From Chromera velia (Eukaryota), in assembly GCA_018398765.1 (NCBI GenBank), contig JAHBMJ010000183.1, positions 1 through 54,514 on the forward strand: 54,514 nucleotides of DNA. The letters run 5' to 3'. Shown here in pieces: positions 38,277 to 49,071 of the stretch. Both the position numbers and the translations under genes were made by a program. How positions within the stretch are numbered: position 1 is the first letter of the stretch; every line of letters starts with the position of its first letter. The notes below the pieces were generated by a model. That model saw only the letters and a list, made by a program, of their open reading frames with translations. It made no database searches and was not told where the DNA came from.

Positions 38277-41200
38277 ACGAGACAGGAAAGACGTTGTTGA
38301 CACTATCGAGGTCGACACTACAGGCACTGCCTTCCGTCACGCAGACCTCGTGGAACTCTTGGAGGCATTCGCGACTGCTGCCGTTCTCTCCGGAGTGACG
38401 GGGGACGAAGCTTCGGATGACAAGAAACTCTTCTTCCTCTGTGGGGCGTATCCGGTCAGTCAGTCAGTCAGTCAGTGAGCAGATGCAAAGCCTATGTGTA
38501 TCTTTAGATGCGTTCTGCGTGGAAACGAGAAGATTTTTAAGGACTTGAAACAGGAAAGACATAATGAGAGCATCGTTTCCTTTGGTTGAGTGCAACCAGT
38601 GTGTTTCCATGGGACTTGGAGTGTCCTGTGGGGTTCTTCCTCCAAGTTGCCGAGTCTCTTATCTGGACTCCAGGTGTTCTTTTACAGTACTCCTCCCGCT
38701 GCTGGGAGACTCACATACATTCTCTCATACATTTTTGAGTGCTTTTGATTCTTGAAGAGCGCCGTAGAAATGCTCGCAGAGGCCCCCTTCAGACTCGTCT
38801 CTTTGATCGGATGTTCTCTCTCTCTCTCTCTCTCGACTGCATGCCTGATTCATTGCAGCTGATTGCTTACGAGTCCCGCAAAGCAGCGATGGAGGCCGAA
38901 ATCCCTTTCGACAAAAACGTCCGGAACGCAAAATGGCTGGAACTTTTCGGCAGATGCAAGAGGAAGATGCCTCTCTCACTCGAACCCACAAAGGTCAGTC
39001 AGTCCGTCAGTCAGCCAGATAGGACGTCTCATCATTTGATGCCGATCCCAGTCTTCCAAGTCTCTCTCCCCATGTTTTTCCCAAAACGTTCGTTCAAGTT
39101 TCAAAGACAAACCTGAGTGTGCCATGCTGCCTCTTGTGCTTTCTTGCATACTCGACTTACGTATATGTGTATGCAGATAGGGCATCAGAGAGACGCATGT
39201 ATGTATGTATGTGTGTATGCAGATAGGGCATCAGAGAGACGCATGTATGTGTGCATGTGTGTATGCAGATAGGGCATCAGAGAGACGCATGTATGTATGT
39301 ATGTGTGTATGCAGATAGGGCATCAGAGAGACGCAGAGATCGATCCAGTGGATGAAGACGAGACCGCAGACATGGTCCGTGAGTCAGTCAGTCAATCGGA
39401 GCATGCATTGGGCAAATAGATAGACAGAAGGGGTGATGAGAAAGTCTAAAGAAGAGCGTTGTGCGGAAGAACCATACGTGTGTATCTGTTTTGGGAGAGT
39501 GAAGGGTGGTGCTCAGGAAAGAGTGAACAGCAGGACAACTCTTGGGTGCCCACTCAATTGTAAAGAGCTTTTTGTCTTTGTTTCTTTTCGTCTTCGCTTC
39601 TTTTTGTCTTTGCTTTTGAAGAGTCCTCCCCTTTTTCTGCTTTGCTGCTGCTACTGTCACTGTTGCAGGTGAAAGTTCTGATCAAGTGCGGCGCGTTCAA
39701 GCAGAGTCTTACCCTGCTTGCGGAGGCACAAGTAGCAAGAGAGAGAGAGCTGCGTGCTCATCTGTTCAGAATGCTGGGAGGGAGGGGAACAGGAGGTGTG
39801 GCAGTTGGTTTTCCTGTCCATCAGCAGCCTTCTCAGGAAGAGGAGGAGAAGCCCCTGAAGGGAGTCCCTGCATTGATTGCAGAGGAGGATGAAGGAGAGG
39901 AGGCGCAAGGATCCCCTCAGCAGCAGAATCGGTACGGCATCCGTCTCTCCTCCCACGGGACTGAAAGCATTGAGCATATAGTGCAAGGAATGGGGGATGT
40001 GCTTCAAGAACTTGACTCGAAGAGCGTGCAGGAGGAAGAGGAAGAGATGCATGAAGAAGAGAGAGAAGAAGAAGAGGAGGAGGAGGAGCAGGAAGAGCAA
40101 AACTCAAGATCACGACCAGAAAGTAGAAGAGCATGGGAAGATGCAGAACAAGAAGAAGAGCAAGAGAAAGAAGAGGAGGAGGAGGAAGCGGCAGAAGAGG
40201 AAAGTGCAGGTCCTCAAAGTGCCGAAATGGAAAATCTAGCAGACGAATTACGAGATGAAGTGGGGGGACAAGAGAACCAGCACGCCAAGCTCAGTCTATC
40301 TGACGGTGTAGCATCCCGCTTCCTTGAAGAGATGGGGTCGGATTTCGTAGATGAACTCCAAGCGGACCTCGAGGATGACCCCCCGGGGAATGTCGACGGT
40401 CAAATCGAAATCAATTTTGATGGAGAACACGAAGCACCTCCCCCCCCAACTGTGGGAGGAGATAGTGAGATGGGTTCGGTTGATGGTGAGGTAGGCAGGT
40501 CCATGACTCGGGGCGTCGCCCCCCCCTCCTCGTTTTTGGGCCCCAATCCCGGCCCTGGTGTGTCTCAGTACGGCCCTCCTCTCGGCAGTTCGGAGGATCA
40601 CGAATCGAATCTGGAGGCTTTCCCGAAATCCCACTGGGCCCATATCTCAAGTCGCAGTCAGAACATGAAAGAGGAGATTCCGGAAGAGGCAGAAAGGGAT
40701 TTGGGATCTGAAAAGGCAGAGGTTGCGGAGGCGGGGGCAGGAAAGGCACGTGTGATTTTGCTCCCTCCCAATCCCGCTCTCCGCTTTCGTGCACGAATGC
40801 GGGTGTGGGAGCTTCCAAAGGGGAGGCGCGCAGATGACGAGGAAGAAGAAGAGGAAGAGAAGGAAGAAGAAGGAGAGGAGGAGGAGGAGGACAGTAAAGA
40901 AAGCGAGGAGGGATCAAATGCCCCCCAGGTGGCTGGCAAAGGAGGAGAGGAGGATGAGCTGAGATCGTCCTCATCTCGCTCTAACAAGAGTGGAAAGAGT
41001 GGAAAAAGTGGTGGAAGTAAGGGAAGTAAGGGCAAGGGTAAGAAGAAGAGAAAAAGTCTGTTCCGTGCAGGCAGCTCCACCGAATCACTAGGCACAGATG
41101 GAGTTCCCCAAGTGCCCATCCTCCTGACCATCTTCCCTCACTTCATCATGGTCAGTGGGCTCTTTTGTCTCGTCGGCTTGTCTGCATACACACCTCTTTT

Positions 41201-44200
41201 GTTTGTTCGTCTGTTCCTTGATTTGTCCCTCCGTCTTTCTGCTGTGGTCTGTCTTCTTCTGATTTCCTCTGCGTGGATCACTTGGGCAGCCCCCAGCGTT
41301 CCGTGTCTGTCTTTCGTTTTGAAACGTTTTGTTTCTTTTTCCTGTGCAAAGCCGCTCTCATCTCTGGTCCACTTCATCAAGACGGTTGCGTGCGCTATCC
41401 GCCGAAAATATACGGTTAACTCCTGAATGCAACACATGTTGAAAAGGAAAGGTGCTTGCGAATCCGTGTGCATCCAAAAAAGCTTACTGCGTTTCTTTTT
41501 TTGCTTTCCGTGGAAATGCGAGAGTGAATGCAGGTGGAGACTGAAGTGGCCTCAGAGGTCCAATCTGTGACAGAGGCCAAGAGGAGTGCCAAGAAGTTTA
41601 TGGGGGCACTGCCTGAGGCCCTCAAAGAGCGTGTGTTCTCTCGGACAGAGCGGCTGTCCCCCCAGACCCTCAGGAGTCAAATGTGGCGTCTCCAGACCGC
41701 AGTCTCCTCCAAGGCGGGCAACCTGCTCGCCTCAGTACAGGACGAGAATGAGGCTTCAGAGGGAGACGAAATGGCATCGCTGAGTGAGGTCGGAAATGGA
41801 AAGGGGGAAGGAGAAGAAGCAAACGGAAAAAATGAACAGGAAGCAGGAGGGGATTTTGGGCCCAGAGTCACGCCCGGTCGGCAGGCCCCCCCCCAGCTGT
41901 CTGTGAGTGACTACGACGACGGTGGTGGTTTCCCCGAAGGCTCAGACGGAGGGGGGGAGGGTAAATTGGGGGCTAAGTTTCTTACAGCTGCCAATGCGGA
42001 AGCTCCCAAAGGTGTAAGGCCTGAAGGGAGAAAGATGTCTGTGGCCGACTCAATCCTATCCTCCCAGGCGCCCGAGGGGTTGATTGCCAATCCCTTTCTC
42101 CTCCTACCGACTAACTCCGTCAAACTCGCTGAGATCATCAAAAAAGAGCCCAAGCCCGAGAGACGCAGAAGTATTCTTCAGGTGGTTTCGGATGAGGTCA
42201 ACAAGATCGCAACCAAGGTCAAGCACTCAGTCATGAAAAGAAAGTCCGAAGCAGCAGGCGCAGAGCAATCTCCCCATTCAGCAGGGGCAGAGCAGAGCCC
42301 CCAAACCCCACTGCAACAGTCACAGCCCGCACAAGCCCTCGCAGACCTAGGAGAAGAAATCGACCCCCTTGCCCCGTCTCTAGCAACAGCACTAGGGCCT
42401 GGACAACTAGGAGAAGAATGGGATGAGGACACTCTTCGCGTCTACCTGCGTACTGAGGGTGTCTTCTTCGCCTTCGATTTCCAGCCGACCGAGGAAGATG
42501 CGTCTAGCAGTCTCTTCGGTTGGCCTCAACTTTCCGAAGAGGCCCGCGAGCTCTTCAATAAGATTGCCAACGCACAACACGAAAAACTCCAAAATGACCC
42601 TGCATGGGCCCCCAAAGCGAAGCAAATTGAAGAGGACATGGAAACGTGAGCGCGTCTCCATGCTTTTTGTTTTGTCCTTTTCGATTGCTTGTTTCATCCT
42701 TTTCATTTTTTGTCGAACATCTTTGCGTGTTGTGGACAGTGCAGCAACGTTTTCGATCAAGAGAGAAGCAAAGAGAAAAGCAAAAACAAGGTGGAGAAAC
42801 GCATCACCAAGAAGAATGTTTCACGGTGATGAAATTCAGCCATGTAGGAAACCTCAGGACGCTATCTCAGCGGCTCTGCATATCAGCATTTCACTTCAAA
42901 GAGCGGATCTGAACTCTGCCAACTTGACCTTTATTTGATAAAGGCAAGACCCATACACGTTGTCTCTTTCTTTCCCTCTCTTCCCTCAGGGTGGAGTTTC
43001 TCTCTTGGAGCAAGCCTCGGCTGATCTGGAAGGCGGTGGTCCGGGGGTTCTCGAAGAAGGAAATCCCCACTGGGCTCTCTCGTACAGTCTTCTGCATCTC
43101 CAGCTGGGCCAACATCTTCACAGTGGTGATGACCCTAGGGCTCTTCTATGGTGTTGTGCCTGCCGCCGATGAAGAAGGGGGGGACGAGAGTGTGCTCCAA
43201 GTAATCATCAACACCATCGTTTTCTTCGACAGACGGGTTGGTTTGGGGTCTACAGGGACAGGGGGCTAGAGACTTCAAAGGACATGTGTCTGTTTCATTC
43301 TTCTCTCTCTGGCCCCAAGCCCGCTTTCCTCTCTGCTTGCACATTGGTCAACCAACACATGTGTAATTTGCATATTTATTATCCCGACGCGCATGCATGC
43401 AGGCTCTCCTGGCCGTCTTCCTCGCCGACCTGATGGCTCTGCCCATCATCCTACTCCTCGATTGGCTTTTCTACCCCCACACCCCCTACGCACAGCAGCT
43501 GAGACCCCTGGCTCGGTTCGCGAAGGCGGGGGCGAGAATTACCCTCGCGATGGTGCGACGATGCATCGACTACGAGCAACCCACAATGTTCGCAGAGAAG
43601 AAACGGCTGCTGTACACAAAGCTCGTGGAGGTTGACAAGGGAGAGAAAGCCCGCATTGATGCGTCCGAGAAGAATCTAGAGGAGATACAGATAGCAAAGA
43701 AGAATGGAACAAAACCCCCCAAACGCATCCACAGAGTCAGGTACCCCGATTGCCTCCATTGTTGCCTCCGTCACCGAATCCGACGAGCACGCACGTACAC
43801 AGAGATGCCTCTACAGAATCTGAAAGTCGATGAAGACGAATATGGGGAGAAGGGCGCCTCGATTTTCCAGCCCACAAAGAAATTCATTCTACCCGAAGCA
43901 TACAGAGCACAGTGGCAGCACGACAGAGAGCGACGGACTCTCATCGGTTTGTCCATTGCAGGCGTGTGGATTTGTTTCTGTGTCTTCTATCTGTTCACCT
44001 TCTCCCTTTGTTTCGCTGCCACCCCCTCCGAAATTGGATCCATGTTTGCATCCGGTGCCATCTCCGGGATCATCAATGGCCTCCTGAGGCCCCTCATTGC
44101 CGCCATCCTCGCGGCACTGCTGATCGTCACCAGTGTGCGCACACGTAGGGACCCCCAGACAGCCGCGTTCAGCACCGGCGGCACAAAGGCGGCAACGATC

Positions 44201-44401
44201 GAGGACGAAGAGGACAAGAAGAAGGTCAAAAAGCCAAGAAAGAGCGAGCAGGAGAGGGGAGATAAAGACAAAGACCAATCCGCTTCCAAATTCATGCAAG
44301 TAAAGGACGCCAGCGGGAGATCGGTCTTGAATGAAGAGTCGAAGAAAGAGGAGAAAGAGATGGAGGTCAAGGGCGGTGAGGGTGGGGAAATGGCTGTATA
44401 A
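33642..44401 (+). CDS. Multi-exon polycystin-1-like/adhesion-type membrane protein: signal peptide, Ca-binding EGF domain(s), GAIN-like region with GPS motif, TM1, large acidic loop, several C-terminal TM helices
   Basis: Exon 33642-33714 encodes MQIRCVLLWGCTVSLLPQLVDCAL. Exon 33831-33947 encodes DECSLLTHNCAETAACSDTVSSFTCSCNNGYSGDGITCS (cbEGF), followed by DIDECTTGVHNC. GPS-like CGYW...GWSQGC...SCFC lies at 36620-36778, then TM IILWLVGVLFLVFIV. Glu-rich exons occupy 39.7-42.6 kb and hydrophobic helices 43.0-44.15 kb. Junction phases checked at several introns are consistent. Confidence 0.82.
36266..36275. other. Assembly gap (10 N) inside an intronic poly-C tract
   Basis: N run visible. Confidence 0.99.
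39166..39333 (+). repeat. 46-bp tandem repeat (4 copies) spanning a splice acceptor
   Basis: atgcagatagggcatcagagagacgca occurs at 39171, 39217, 39263 and 39309. Confidence 0.92.
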
Positions 44402-44486
44402 GGAAAACCCAGGGCGGGGAAATGGCTGTATAAGGAAAACCCAGGGGGGGGAAATGGCTCTATAAGGAAAACCCAGGGGGGGGGGA
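44383..44486 (+). repeat. ~31-bp tandem repeat (3 copies) overlapping the apparent stop codon
   Basis: ggggaaatggct(g/c)tataaggaaaacccaggg occurs three times. Confidence 0.9.
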
Positions 44487-47400
44487 AAGCCAACAGTCTT
44501 CATTTGTTTCTGTCTTCTCCGTTTGTTCTTCTTGTTCTTTCTGCCCGATGTCTCGCCTCGGTTGACGGTCAAAGTTTTTCGCAACAAAGAGGCCAGACAA
44601 AGGAAAGAAGGGACTGAGGAGCCACACACACATATACACACACAGACACACTTGTTGCGGACTAAAAAGTGGGCATGTATTGCGTAGACGGAGCAGAAAA
44701 AAAGAAAAGAGATCAGAGGGGAAGGAAAGGGAAGGGATTGGAAGGGGAGGGGGAATGTCTTGCTTCTTTCCCGTTTCACTCCGTCGATTCACTCGCTGCA
44801 GGTCCACGTCAAACAGAAAGAAATCAAAACACATTAATACAGCAGATCGACAAAGAAATAGACGAAAAAGCGAAGATTCAAAAGGACGTGGATAGGTGGC
44901 TGGAAAGATGGGTGGTTATCTCAACTGCTTCCTTCTCTCTCTGTAAGATGGTGTTCCGGTATTCATCATCTCTTCTTCACTTGACCTCATCAAAAACTTT
45001 CTCCTCCAACGCAAGAACGAGCTCACGACGGAACAAATGCATATGAATGACTTCAATTCGATCAGAAAAAAATGACCGATCTAAATTCGAGGAGTTTCTC
45101 CTTCCCTCAATCCATAGGATTGTGACCCTTGCTTCTTCATTTTGCGTCCGACATCGAGGAATGAAGTCGCATTGCCCGTGTTCCTCCCATCTCTTTCTCT
45201 CCCCCCCTCTTCCCCTCTCCAGCACTCTTCTCCTCCGCCTTCCTCTTTCCCTCTCCGGCTTGACATATTCCCTTCACATCCTCCCCCTTTTTCCTTCCTC
45301 TTCGTTTTTCCTTCCTGTCCCGACGGTCCCGCCTCCCCCCCCTGTTTCCTCTTTGGCTTCCTGTCTGTCCGTGTCTGTCGACTCGAACTGGGAGGAGAGG
45401 AAGGTGAATTGAGGAAGCGCCCGTCGATGCCGACGCAGATGCAGGGTTGGGGGATGGGGGGACTGAAAAGAGAGAAAACGGCATTGTCTGAAGTTTCATG
45501 CACCTCCGTGCGTGCAGACACTCCTTGTGCCGAAATGAGAGAGAGAGAGAGAGAGAAACAGACGCGTTGTCAAACAGACGGAGAAGGGGGTCGCGTGCGG
45601 ACAGAAAGAGAGAATGCAGATAAGCAGAGGGAGAGAGTCGGTGACATCTGATCACTTTGTCTACTTCCACTTCGATCACAATCGGGCACGCATCAATGTC
45701 TTTTTCCTTCACTTCGTTTATCTTTTTCAATCCGCCTTTTTTTTTTTTTGCTGTCAGTGGATCTGTCTGTCTCCATGGATGGATGGATCTTCGCCCGATT
45801 TGATTTTAAATTTCAAAATTCAGCTTCGTCCGTCTTTCCTACAAACACTCTGGCTTAAGCATCCATTCATCTGAATTAATGCTGTCTTAGGCACTCGATC
45901 ATTCCATCACATGCCCTCCCATGCAAACAGACAGAGAGACCGACAGACAGACAGGCAGACAGGCAGACAGTGTCTCTGTCGTGTGGTGTGGTCTGAGGGG
46001 TTGAATCCACTCGACCGATCACACATTTGGGAAAGAAAATTGACAACAAGACCTAGACCAGGCAGATCGACATGGAAGTGGAGAGAAAGAAAACGCCTCT
46101 CGGAGCAAAAAGGAATCTACTGCAGAAATGTCAGGCTACTGACGAATAGAAGGAGAAAAAAAGAGTGACAGAGGAAAAGTCGTTTCAACAAGGCTGAATT
46201 TGAAGAAGCGCTGAGACGTTCTAATCAAGGACAAAGGGATTTCTTTGGAAGGAAGGAATAAGAAGACTCTTTAACTCAAAAAGTTACGAAGAAAAAAGGG
46301 AGAAGACGAATAAATGAATCTGAGTCACGCCTATTGTAAAGCGCCTTAGATACATTCAGAACTCAGAGACAGTGTCTGAGCGGCTGAGCCACACGTTATT
46401 CCAAGTCTTTCTTGTTGTGGAGTCTACTACTCAGTAATATCTGAGGTCGTTCAAAAATCACTTTTCATACAATATATAATCAAATAATCCGATTCAAATT
46501 TACAATAATTATTACTCATCTATGAGCTTCTTTTTACCTCCTTAACATACTACCGAACACTTGATCGTGGAATTAAGTTGCTGGGGCGGCCCGACTTAAT
46601 TACCAGTGATATTCCACGCCGGATGACTCCGGGACGAGTTGATAGCTCTTCAGTTCAAGTGTCCTATAGTATGAAGGAGATTTATCATCACCATACGCCA
46701 TTATTATTATTGATTGGTATATAGGCCATCATGCAATGCATGACTTGGCAGCATGAGTCTAGGACACTGCATGTTGTATTGCCCCTTTGCAATGAACTGG
46801 GAAGAGGGGTGGAGGGTTCTGGAGGCAAATAGCTTCCGTCAAAAGGAAATGCCGCATACAAACATAATCAATCCTATAAAACTAAGTTAAATTCCCCGGG
46901 AATTTAGTGGAATTTAATGCAATTTACCCTTAAAATTTAGTGGAATTTGGTGGATTTTAGTAGAATTCACCATAATTTTGACTTACGATTTTTGATAACC
47001 GGGTCGACATTTTTTTTATTTATAAAAAAAAAATGTCACAGGCCTTTAAAACTAGCCTTTAAAAGTTAATGTTTGCTTTTAGGCGTTTTAAGCCCGCTTT
47101 GTATACAAATTTCTATACAAATTTTCAACTTCATACTCCATATACTTCTTGAGATCCACTAAGCAGACTTTTTCAAAATCGTAAGTTGACTTTTCAAAAA
47201 GGTAAGCTAGAAGGTAAGCCAAAATGTCTGATAACCAGACTTTTTTGTTCTAGTTTTCATCAGACATTCTTTAAGATGTGACCAAGCATATAGCTTATAA
47301 AGATTAGTACTAGGAAAAGGTTCAAGGTTCAATGTTCAAGTTTCACTTCAAAGTAGTGAACCTGAATCAGGTTTAAATTTCAAAAACAAGTTCAAAAATA

Positions 47401-47632
47401 GGTTTACTTTTAATTAGCGCAAACTTGCAGTTTAAATTTTGATACTGCATTTTAACTTTTTATATGTTTGTTTAACGTTTTACTGCTAGTTTTAGTGCTT
47501 TAAACACTGCTTTTTAGTGCTTTTATTTTGTTTTTTAAACAAAATTTCTTTTAAAAAAGATATAAAACTATTAAATCTAAAGATTGTGAAACTTAAAAAG
47601 AAAATGTAGGTTTGAGCTAGGCGTATCATAGC

Positions 47633-47881
47633 AAACCCCTCTGACACTCCAATCTGTCTTAAAATGGATTTTTCAATGCTGGCCGTGCCTGCAGCGCGGT
47701 TCTTTCAAGACTCTAGTCAAGACTGTCTGCGCCTTTCACAAAAAAATTTAAGTATACTTTATTTTGGCCATGCCTTCGGCGCGCTACCTTCAAGTTAAGC
47801 CGAGCCTGCGGCGCAGGCGTTTCAAGTATGGCCGCGCCTACGGCACGGCGTTTCAAGTTTACTAGAGTGTCAGGGAGGTTT
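47633..47881. mobile_element. ~250-bp MITE-like element with four internal GC-rich hairpin motifs
   Basis: TIRs aaacccctctgacactcca and tagagtgtcagggaggttt (three C/T differences). The interior has four GCCGYGCCT(N)CGGCGCG...TTCAAG-like units. Confidence 0.7.
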
Positions 47882-49071
47882 CACAGAAAAAAAAAAAAAG
47901 TAACTGGAAAATGGTCTACATTATTTTTTTATTTTTTTTTTTCATATCCTACACCTTAAACTAGCGTGCTAAAAAAAAAATAATGATGATCCCTAGTGAT
48001 GATCTATAAAATATAGTATATGTGAAGCGTTCGATCAAAGGAGGCCTGGTCCCTGACCTAGTCCCTAACCAATGTGTGCAACGGTGTGCAATGTTATATA
48101 ATAATGTAAATACGTACGAAAAAGGGCAGGAAGTCCCTCTAGAAGTCCCTTTTCTTCTTCCTTCTCAGAGAGATGGCCGACTCCGCTGTGTCACTCCTAT
48201 GTAGGAGGGAAGAAAACTATGAAAAAGAGTTGTCTCGATCGGTTTTGATCCCATCAATCTAGATATTATTAATGGAGGGACGAGGCTGTATGTAGGATGC
48301 CATTGGAAGGAAGAAGAGGAGCATGCATTGGGAACAAGAAGACGAGGGAGAAGGAGACGAAGAAGAAAGCGCTAAATAGTTACGCCTGGCTGGCACAGGC
48401 CTCGTCGATTTGGAGAAGACTGACTCGTTGAACGACGTGCTTCAGTTATCAACGTTTCGGGATGAAACATTGTATGACGATGAAGACTCTGATGGTGATA
48501 ATGACAGTAAGCAGGAAAACAAACGAAAGAAAATGTTTGAAAGTAAAAAAGAAGCTATGCCTAGAGAAGGAAGAAACGAGTCAGACGAGAACGTTGGAGA
48601 GGAAGGTAATAACAAAGAAAAGAGAAGAGGGCGTCAGCAAGTTCAGTTGCCAATGGGTAGGAAAGAAGACCTTGTTTCTTTTTTTATAAAGAAGCTTTGG
48701 AAGAAAAAAGAAAAGTGAAAAAAAGTTGGGAGCACAAGCTCAAATCTTGCAAGGGAAGGAGACTCGTCTCCATGATCACGTTCAGGCAGGATCTTCTAGC
48801 TCTAGTTCCAGCTTTGCAGACCCGGCAGATGATGGTTTGCTTGGTTAAAAGCTTGTGTGCAAATCTTTAAAAATCTTTGAAAGCTATAACGTTTACACGT
48901 TAGTAGAAGCCCTAGCTAGAGCCTAGCGAGAGCTAGAGCCGGCTAGAGTGAGAGCTTAAGACTTTTTAACTAATGATTTTTTTTTTTCACTTTAAGTTTT
49001 CTACTAGGTTTTCTAGTCGCAAAAAAAAAAATAACTGAACATTGGCTTTAATTATTTTTTTTTTTTCTGTG
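47882..49071. mobile_element. Putative non-autonomous TIR element with CACAG-poly(A) ends
   Basis: Left end cacagaaaaaaaaaaaaagtaa, right end ttattttttttttttctgtg. The interior holds a decayed acidic/basic ORF remnant (48410-48718). The superfamily is uncertain. Confidence 0.5.

Noticed and set aside
39166..39333. Regularly spaced ~27-bp repeats resembling a CRISPR array
   Set aside because: The intervening segments are near-identical TATG/TG microsatellite rather than unique spacers. The repeat is intronic in a eukaryotic gene and no cas genes are present.
46890..47270. Short repeats (aatttagtgg; acttacgattttt/aaaatcgtaagt) suggesting a further transposon
   Set aside because: Plausibly subterminal repeats, but no matching termini or TSD could be defined.
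48410..48718. Acidic/basic 102-aa ORF inside the transposon nest
   Set aside because: Low complexity, flanked by stops, and no transposase motif. Treated only as a remnant.
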